A stretch of DNA of 64,000 nucleotides, from positions 3,013,874 to 3,077,873 of the forward strand of contig OZ251228.1 in assembly GCA_965240325.2 (NCBI GenBank), read 5' to 3'. The position numbers and the translations under genes were made by a program. Shown piece after piece: positions 55,601-64,000 of the stretch. The stretch's first letter is position 1; every line of letters starts with the position of its first letter. Origin of the DNA: Rebecca billardiae RCC1528 (taxonomy: Eukaryota; Protista; Haptophyta). Under the pieces are notes generated by a model that saw only the letters and a list, made by a program, of their open reading frames with translations, was not told where the DNA came from and did not search any database.

Positions 55601-58600
55601 CCCACGCGCACTGCCTGGCGAGCCCCTGCGGCACAGTGCGCGACCTGTGGCCGGCGACTGGGCGGCGTTAGGAGAGAAATGGGGTTCAGCCGCTGGCGAG
55701 CGGACGGATCGTCGGCAAACGCACCCTCTTGCAATGCGTCAGCGGGCGTGCATGCTTGTCTGGCCCCTGCAGCCTCGGCTGCCCACGCGCACTGCCTGGC
55801 GAGCCCCTGCGGCACAGTGCGCGACTGGCGGCGGGCGCGTGGGCGGCGTTAGGAGAGAAATGGGGTTCAGCCGCTGGCGAGCGGACGGATCGTCGGCAAA
55901 CGCACCCTCTTGCAATGCGTCAGCGGGCGTGCATGCTTGTCTGGCCCCTGCAGCCTCGGTGGCGGACGCGCACTGCCCGGCGAGCCCCTGCGGCACAGTG
56001 CGCGACCTGTGGCGGGTGCGTGGGCCGCGTTAGGAGAGAAATGGGGTTCAGCCGCTGGCGAGCGGACGGATCGTCGGCAAACGCACCCTCTTGCAATGCG
56101 TCAGCGGGCGTGCATGCTTGTCTGGCCCCTGCAGCCTCGGTGGCGGACGCGCACTGCCCGGCGAGCCCCTGCGGCACAGTGCGCGACCTGCGGCCGGCGA
56201 CTGGGCGGCGTTAGGAGAGAAATGGGGTTCAGCCGCTGGCGAGCGGACGGATCGTCGGCAAACGCACCCTCTTGCAATGCGTCAGCGGGCGTGCATGCTT
56301 GTCTGGCCCTGCGCAGCCTCGGCTGCCCACGCGCACTGCCCGGCGAGCCCCTGCGGCACTAGTGCGCGACCTGTGGCGGGTGCGTGGGCCGCGTTAGGAG
56401 AGAAATGGGGTTCAGCCGCTGGCGAGCGGACGGATCGTCGGCAAACGCACCCTCTTGCAATGCGTCAGCGGGCGTGCATGCTTGTCTGGCCCCTGCAGCC
56501 TCGGCTGCCCACGCACACTGCCTGGCGAGCCCCTGCGGCACAGTGCGCGACCTGTGGCGGGTGCGTGGGCCGCGTTAGGAGAGAAATGGGGTTCAGCCGC
56601 TGGCGAGCGGACGGATCGTCGGCAAACGCACCCTCTTGCAATGCGTCAGCGGGCGTGCATGCTTGTCTGGCCCCTGCAGCCTCGGCTGCCCACGCGCACT
56701 GCCTGGCGAGCCCCTGCGGCACAGTGCGCGACTGGCGGCGGGCGCGTGGGCGGCGTTAGGAGAGAAATGGGGTTCAGCCGCTGGCGAGCGGACGGATCGT
56801 CGGCAAGCGCACCCTCTTGCAATGCGTCAGCGGGCGTGCATGCTTGTCTGGCCCCTGCAGCCTCGGTGGCGGACGCGCACTGCCCGGCGAGCCCCTGCGG
56901 CACAGTGCGCGACCTGTGGCCGGCGACTGGGCGGCGTTAGGAGAGAAATGGGGTTCAGCCGCTGGCGAGCGGACGGATCGTCGGCAAACGCACCCTCTTG
57001 CAATGCGTCAGCGGGCGTGCATGCTTGTCTGGCCCTGCGCAGCCTCGGCTGCCCACGCGCACTGCCCGGCGAGCCCCTGCGGCACAGTGCGCGACCTGTG
57101 GCGGGTGCGTGGGCCGCGTTAGGAGAGAAATGGGGTTCAGCCGCTGGCGAGCGGACGGATCGTCGGCAAACGCACCCTCTTGCAATGCGTCAGCGGGCGT
57201 GCATGCTTGTCTGGCCCCTGCAGCCTCGGTGGCGGACGCGCACTGCCCGGCGAGCCCCTGCGGCACAGTGCGCGACCTGCGGCCGGCGACTGGGCGGCGT
57301 TAGGAGAGAAATGGGGTTCAGCCGCTGGCGAGCGGACGGATCGTCGGCAAACGCACCCTCTTGCAATGCGTCAGCGGGCGTGCATGCTTGTCTGGCCCTG
57401 CGCAGCCTCGGCTGCCCACGCGCACTGCCCGGCGAGCCCCTGCGGCACTAGTGCGCGACCTGTGGCGGGTGCGTGGGCCGCGTTAGGAGAGAAATGGGGT
57501 TCAGCCGCTGGCGAGCGGACGGATCGTCGGCAAACGCACCCTCTTGCAATGCGTCAGCGGGCGTGCATGCTTGTCTGGCCCCTGCAGCCTCGGCTGCCCA
57601 CGCGCACTGCCTGGCGAGCCCCTGCGGCACAGTGCGCGACCTGTGGCGGGTGCGTGGGCCGCGTTAGGAGAGAAATGGGGTTCAGCCGCTGGCGAGCGGA
57701 CGGATCGTCGGCAAACGCACCCTCTTGCAATGCGTCAGCGGGCGTGCATGCTTGTCTGGCCCCTGCAGCCTCGGCTGCCCACGCGCACTGCCCGGCGAGC
57801 CCCTGCGGCACAGTGCGCGACCTGTGGCCGGCGACTGGGCGGCGTTAGGAGAGAAATGGGGTTCAGCCGCTGGCGAGCGGACGGATCGTCGGCAAACGCA
57901 CCCTCTTGCAATGCGTCAGCGGGCGTGCATGCTTGTCTGGCCCCTGCAGCCTCGGTGGCGGACGCGCACTGCCCGGCGAGCCCCTGCGGCACAGTGCGCG
58001 ACCTGTGGCCGGCGACTGGGCGGCGTTAGGAGAGAAATGGGGTTCAGCCGCTGGCGAGCGGACGGATCGTCGGCAAACGCACCCTCTTGCAATGCGTCAG
58101 CGGGCGTGCATGCTTGTCTGGCCCCTGCAGCCTCGGCTGCCCACGCGCACTGCCTGGCGAGCCCCTGCGGCACAGTGCGCGACCTGTGGCGGGTGCGTGG
58201 GCCGCGTTAGGAGAGAAATAGGGTTCAGCCGCTGGCGAGCGGACGAATCGTCGGCAAACGCACCCTCTTGCAATGCGTCAGCGGGCGTGCATGCTTGTCT
58301 GGCCCCTGCAGCCTCGGCTGCCCACGCGCACTGCCTGGCGAGCCCCTGCGGCACAGTGCGCGACCTGTGGCCGGCGACTGGGCGGCGTTAGGAGAGAAAT
58401 GGGGTTCAGCCGCTGGCGAGCGGACGGATCGTCGGCAAACGCACCCTCTTGCAATGCGTCAGCGGGCGTGCATGCTTGTCTGGCCCCTGCAGCCTCGGTG
58501 GCGGACGCGCACTGCCCGGCGAGCCCCTGCGGCACAGTGCGCGACCTGTGGCGGGTGCGTGGGCCGCGTTAGGAGAGAAATGGGGTTCAGCCGCTGGCGA

Positions 58601-60920
58601 GCGGACGGATCGTCGGCAAACGCACCCTCTTGCAATGCGTCAGCGGGCGTGCATGCTTGTCTGGCCCTGCGCAGCCTCGGCTGCCCACGCGCACTGCCCG
58701 GCGAGCCCCTGCGGCACAGTGCGCGACCTGTGGCCGGCGACTGGGCGGCGTTAGGAGAGAAATGGGGTTCAGCCGCTGGCGAGCGGACGGATCGTCGGCA
58801 AACGCACCCTCTTGCAATGCGTCAGCGGGCGTGCATGCTTGTCTGGCCCCTGCAGCCTCGGCTGCCCACGCGCACTGCCTGGCGAGCCCCTGCGGCACAG
58901 TGCGCGACTGGCGGCGGGCGCGTGGGCGGCGTTAGGAGAGAAATGGGGTTCAGCCGCTGGCGAGCGGACGGATCGTCGGCAAACGCACCCTCTTGCAATG
59001 CGTCAGCGGGCGTGCATGCTTGTCTGGCCCCTGCAGCCTCGGTGGCGGACGCGCACTGCCCGGCGAGCCCCTGCGGCACAGTGCGCGACCTGTGGCGGGT
59101 GCGTGGGCCGCGTTAGGAGAGAAATGGGGTTCAGCCGCTGGCGAGCGGACGGATCGTCGGCAAACGCACCCTCTTGCAATGCGTCAATGGGCGTGCATGC
59201 TTGTCTGGCCCCTGCAGCCTCGGTGGCGGACGCGCACTGCCCGGCGAGCCCCTGCGGCACAGTGCGCGACCTGCGGCCGGCGACTGGGCGGCGTTAGGAG
59301 AGAAATGGGGTTCAGCCGCTGGCGAGCGGACGGATCGTCGGCAAACGCACCCTCTTGCAATGCGTCAGCGGGCGTGCATGCTTGTCTGGCCCTGCGCAGC
59401 CTCGGCTGCCCACGCGCACTGCCCGGCGAGCCCCTGCGGCACTAGTGCGCGACCTGTGGCGGGTGCGTGGGCCGCGTTAGGAGAGAAATGGGGTTCAGCC
59501 GCTGGCGAGCGGACGGATCGTCGGCAAACGCACCCTCTTGCAATGCGTCAGCGGGCGTGCATGCTTGTCTGGCCCCTGCAGCCTCGGCTGCCCACGCGCA
59601 CTGCCTGGCGAGCCCCTGCGGCACAGTGCGCGACCTGTGGCGGGTGCGTGGGCCGCGTTAGGAGAGAAATGGGGTTCAGCCGCTGGCGAGCGGACGGATC
59701 GTCGGCAAACGCACCCTCTTGCAATGCGTCAGCGGGCGTGCATGCTTGTCTGGCCCTGCGCAGCCTCGGCTGCCCACGCGCACTGCCTGGCGAGCCCCTG
59801 CGGCACAGTGCGCGACTGGCGGCGGGCGCGTGGGCGGCGTTAGGAGAGAAATGGGGTTCAGCCGCTGGCGAGCGGACGGATCGTCGGCAAACGCACCCTC
59901 TTGCAATGCGTCAGCGGGCGTGCATGCTTGTCTGGCCCTGCGCAGCCTCGGCTGCCCACGCGCACTGCCTGGCGAGCCCCTGCGGCACAGTGCGCGACTG
60001 GCGGCGGGCGCGTGGGCGGCGTTAGGAGAGAAATGGGGTTCAGCCGCTGGCGAGCGGACGGATCGTCGGCAAACGCACCCTCTTGCAATGCGTCAGCGGG
60101 CGTGCATGCTTGTCTGGCCCCTGCAGCCTCGGTGGCGGACGCGCACTGCCCGGCGAGCCCCTGCGGCACAGTGCGCGACCTGTGGCGGGTGCGTGGGCCG
60201 CGTTAGGAGAAAAATGGGGTTCAGCCGCTGGCGAGCGGACGGATCGTCGGCAAACGCACCCTCTTGCAATGCGTCAATGGGCGTGCATGCTTGTCTGGCC
60301 CCTGCAGCCTCGGTGGCGGACGCGCACTGCCCGGCGAGCCCCTGCGGCACAGTGCGCGACCTGCGGCCGGCGACTGGGCGGCGTTAGGAGAGAAATGGGG
60401 TTCAGCCGCTGGCGAGCGGACGGATCGTCGGCAAACGCACCCTCTTGCAATGCGTCAGCGGGCGTGCATGCTTGTCTGGCCCTGCGCAGCCTCGGCTGCC
60501 CACGCGCACTGCCCGGCGAGCCCCTGCGGCACTAGTGCGCGACCTGTGGCGGGTGCGTGGGCCGCGTTAGGAGAGAAATGGGGTTCAGCCGCTGGCGAGC
60601 GGACGGATCGTCGGCAAACGCACCCTCTTGCAATGCGTCAGCGGGCGTGCATGCTTGTCTGGCCCCTGCAGCCTCGGCTGCCCACGCGCACTGCCTGGCG
60701 AGCCCCTGCGGCACAGTGCGCGACCTGTGGCGGGTGCGTGGGCCGCGTTAGGAGAGAAATGGGGTTCAGCCGCTGGCGAGCGGACGGATCGTCGGCAAAC
60801 GCACCCTCTTGCAATGCGTCAGCGGGCGTGCATGCTTGTCTGGCCCCTGCAGCCTCGGCTGCCCACGCGCACTGCCTGGCGAGCCCCTGCGGCACAGTGC
60901 GCGACTGGCGGCGGGCGCGT
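49681..60920. repeat. Satellite DNA array, 181-bp monomer (181-183), about 62 head-to-tail copies; candidate centromeric satellite
   Basis: The monomer starts cgcgttaggagagaaatggggttcagccgctggcgagcgg; first copy at 49681, last at 60744; copies are near-identical. Confidence 0.97.
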
Positions 60921-61099
60921 GTATAAGAGGTGCCCACTCCCCAAAATCACGGGGCCACGCGCGCACTCGGCTGGTCGTGATGGGCATGGTATGAGGACCC
61001 CTCCCCAATTTATTTGGCGGCAGTCTCATATGCCGATCTCGAGTCTTGGCTCGTCGCGTGGGCGGGCGGAGCCCGACCGGGCCTCCGACCGGCTCACGT

Positions 61100-62352
61100 C
61101 AACCGTGCAGGTGGCGAGCGGGTCGGGGGCGCGGCAACAAAGCTGCCTGACGTGACCAGCATGCCCCACTGAGTCGCCTGATAGCTTCTTCCGACCCTTC
61201 TCATATGCCGTTCCGCCGCTCTCACCCTCCAGAGTCGCCCAGCCACGACGCTGGGCGGGCCGGCCGCCATTGCGGGGCGGCAGCAGAGCCTCAGTCCAGC
61301 GCGCGGCCGTTTCACCGGGCGAATCTGTCCGAATATTGGTTTTTGAATACTACGACTACTTGTTTTTTCCATGCCACCGCCAAAAATTGCCGCCGGCGAC
61401 GATGGCTGCCACCGAGCTGCTCCCGCGCGCCGCGCCCGCCGCCGGCGCCGCCGGCAGTGAGCGGGCTGAACGAGCGTTCGGAGGCGGTCCAAAGCGGGGG
61501 TGTGGGGGCGGCAGCCCCCACGGAAGAAAAAGCGGGGGTGTGGGGGCGGCAGCCCCCACCCTAGAGCCCTATTTCGACAGCCTCATGACTGAATGCGCAG
61601 AGCAAGGTGCAAGCCTTCTGCCGCCACCGGTGCTGGCGGTGAGCGGGCTGACCGAGCGTGCGGAGGCGGCCGAAAGAGCGTGCGGGCGTGTGAAGGCGGC
61701 AGCCCCGCAAGATAAAGAGCGGCTGTATGGCGGCGGCAGCCCCCCCCCCTTCAGCCTTACGACCACCAGTTTACTTCGGCGCACGGCTGCAGACCAGACC
61801 GGCGCCCAACAACAGTGCAGGTGGCGAGCGGGTCGGGGGCGCGGCAACAAAGCTGCCTGACGTGACCAGCATGCCCCACTGAGTCGCCTGATAGCTTCTT
61901 CCGACCCTTCTCATATGCCGTTCCGCCGCTCTCACCCTCCAGAGTCGCCCAGCCACGACGCTGGGCGGGCCGGCCGCCATTGCGCGGCGGCAGCAGAGCC
62001 TCAGTCCAGCGCGCGGCCGTTTCACCGGGCGAATCTGTCCGAACGAATATTGGTTTTTGAATACTACGACTACTTGTTTTTTCCATGCCACCGCCAAAAA
62101 TTGCCGCCGGCGACGATGGCTGCCACCGAGCTGCTCCCGCGCGCCGCGCCCGCCGCCGGCGCCGCAGGCAGTGAGCGGGCTGAACGAGCGTTCGGAGGCG
62201 GTCCAAAGCGGGGGTGTGGGGGCGGCAGCCCCCACGGAAGAAAAAAGCGGGGGTGTGGGGGCGGCAGCCCCCACCCTTGAGCCTTATTTCGACAGCCTCA
62301 TGACTGAATGCGCAGAGCAAGGTGCAAGCCTTCTGCCGCCACCGGCGCCGGC
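61100..62352. repeat. Near-identical direct repeats of about 540 bp (61100-61640 and 61810-62352; period about 710 bp), each with two GTGGGGGC-GGCA-GCCCCCAC hairpins
   Basis: Direct comparison of the two segments. The spacer 61640-61760 is a decayed third copy of the hairpin module. Confidence 0.9.
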
Positions 62353-64000
62353 GGCGGTGGTGAGGGCGCCGCGCGCATGCCCGCAGTGTGCGTGGATCGC
62401 GCGGTTAGCGCGTACGCGCCGCGCGCGGCGCGCACGCGCGCCCTCGCTCTCCTCACGTGCCCACCATGCTGCCCGGCCGGCCGAGACGTCACAGCCGGCG
62501 TCCGGGGGCGCCAGCCAGCGCAGCGGGTGCGGCGGCGGTGGCCAGCGTGCGAGGCATCGCCTCGGGCAGCGCTGGAGGCGGCGGTGCGCGAGCGAGCGCT
62601 CGCGTTGCGCGTGCGCGCGCCTCTTCGCGCGGACCTCCGCTCCTCGCCTCACCCAACGCTGCCGCGCGGTAGGTCGGCAGCCGAGCGGCCGACCCGTCCA
62701 CGCTCGGCAGCGGGGCTACACCGAGCGGCGACGAGCGCTGGGTGCGCCCGCGAGCCAGTGCCCGGCAGCGCGGCAGAGTGGGTAGCTTGGGCGCGGATGC
62801 TGGTGCCCGCGCGCCCCTTGCGCCTGCCGCCGCCGCGCTTGCGCTGCAGCCGCTCTGCGTGCCGTGGCACCCAGCCGGCCGGCCGGTCAGCTCGGACGGC
62901 GGTCGGGCGGTGGCCGCCTCCAGCTGACGCCTAGGTTGCAGTGGCCGCTTGGCGCACCCGAGCAGCGGCAGCGCGCGCGTGCCGCCGCCGCCGCTCGGGC
63001 GAGCGGTGCACTCACGTGCGAGCGCGCCGCGCGCTCGCGCGGCGCGGGGCGTGACAGCCGCCACCCAGCGAGCTCAGCGACCTAGGCTCAGCCAGTGACC
63101 CAGGGCTCGCCGCGGCCAATATTCACAATTTCGAATTTCGATGGAAATCCTATCGTCCTGCTCCTGCGGATTTCCAATTTTGGTGTTGCCGAATTCCTTT
63201 TTTTTCGTCGGCGAATGGCGGCGGCGATGGCGGGCGGCGATGGCGTGTCTCTCCCGCCGCGCGAGCTGTGCCGTGGCCCGGGGCGTCGCCCCCCGCCCGC
63301 CCGCTGCCCTCACCGCCGCCCTCGCCTCGCAGCCGCCCTCAACGCCGCTGCCGTGGCCACAGCCGAGCCCACCGCCACCTGCACCGCCGCCCGCCGTGCC
63401 TGCCGCCGAGGTTGTCGCAGAGCCCGCCGCCGCGCACGCCCAGCCTGTCGCCCGTCCCTCCGCTCCCCGCGCAGCAGCCTGTCCACCCGCTGTGACCGCT
63501 GCCGAGCCTCGGTTCCACCCCCACCGCGCTCGCAGCAGAGCCCGCCGCGGGTATCCCATCACTCCGAGCTGAGTGCGTGGCAGCCACAGCAGCCCAGAGC
63601 AGGGCCAGCGTCGGCGCGAGCGACTGCGCGCTCTCGCCCTGCGCACTTTGGCCAGCCGCCGCTGCTTGCCACGTGTGCCGGCCCGTGCACATCAGCCGCA
63701 CTGTGACGGTAGTCCTGCCGCTATTGTCAGCATGAGCTCGACGCGTACGTGCGCTCGTCGGTTCACTGCGACGCGGTGCTCTGCTGGCTGGCGTCTTGCG
63801 CGCGCACCGAATCTGATCGACGACTTGTACTACCGCCAAGTACCAGCAGTAATAGCCATATGACTAGCATCGATCATCGGCGCATATAATAATAAGATCC
63901 GCCATGGCGACGGGCGCAGCAGGCTGTATAATCCGGCATCGATCGTCAGCAGTGACGACGACGGACGATATATTAGTCGCGTACGGGCGCCGGCTGAGCA

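Noticed and set aside
49681-60920. CRISPR array, or the dozens of repeated ORFs (MQCVSGRACL..., MPQGLAGQ...)
   Set aside because: There are no unique spacers and no cas genes. The 181-bp period shifts frame in every copy, so the ORFs are satellite artefacts.
61100-62352. TRIM or LTR retroelement (two direct repeats of about 540 bp)
   Set aside because: No clear TG...CA ends, PBS, PPT or TSD. The spacer is itself a decayed sub-repeat, so tandem duplication fits better.
63095-63706. Short Pro/Ala-rich ORFs after the AT-rich patch at 63115-63210
   Set aside because: No domain motifs or convincing codon bias; cannot be supported without transcripts.

Overview
Very GC-rich eukaryotic nuclear DNA with short GT-AG introns full of (CG)n runs. 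The style suggests a haptophyte or similar alga, possibly Pavlovales; this is inferred from composition and gene style only. Bases 1-38.9 kb are gene-dense, with 14 host genes, many in head-to-head pairs: an RCC1-repeat/Pro-rich protein, an XRN-like nuclease with a signal peptide, a Ser/Thr kinase, glutathione synthetase, SAR1, a formin, VPS4, a membrane protein, a CsgA-like SDR, WS/DGAT, an IQ+PDZ protein, strawberry notch, a sulfotransferase-like protein and a patatin. This part also holds one intact CRE-like non-LTR retrotransposon (RT plus restriction-like endonuclease) and a MITE candidate. From about 38.9 kb to the end no gene is recognisable. That part has about 10.5 kb of decayed nested repeats, then a homogeneous 11.2-kb array of about 62 copies of a 181-bp satellite with higher-order structure, then a 710-bp-period duplication carrying GC hairpins. 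The layout suggests a candidate centromere/pericentromere or a subtelomere. Most of the listed ORFs are GC-driven shadow ORFs. All coordinates and counts were read by eye.
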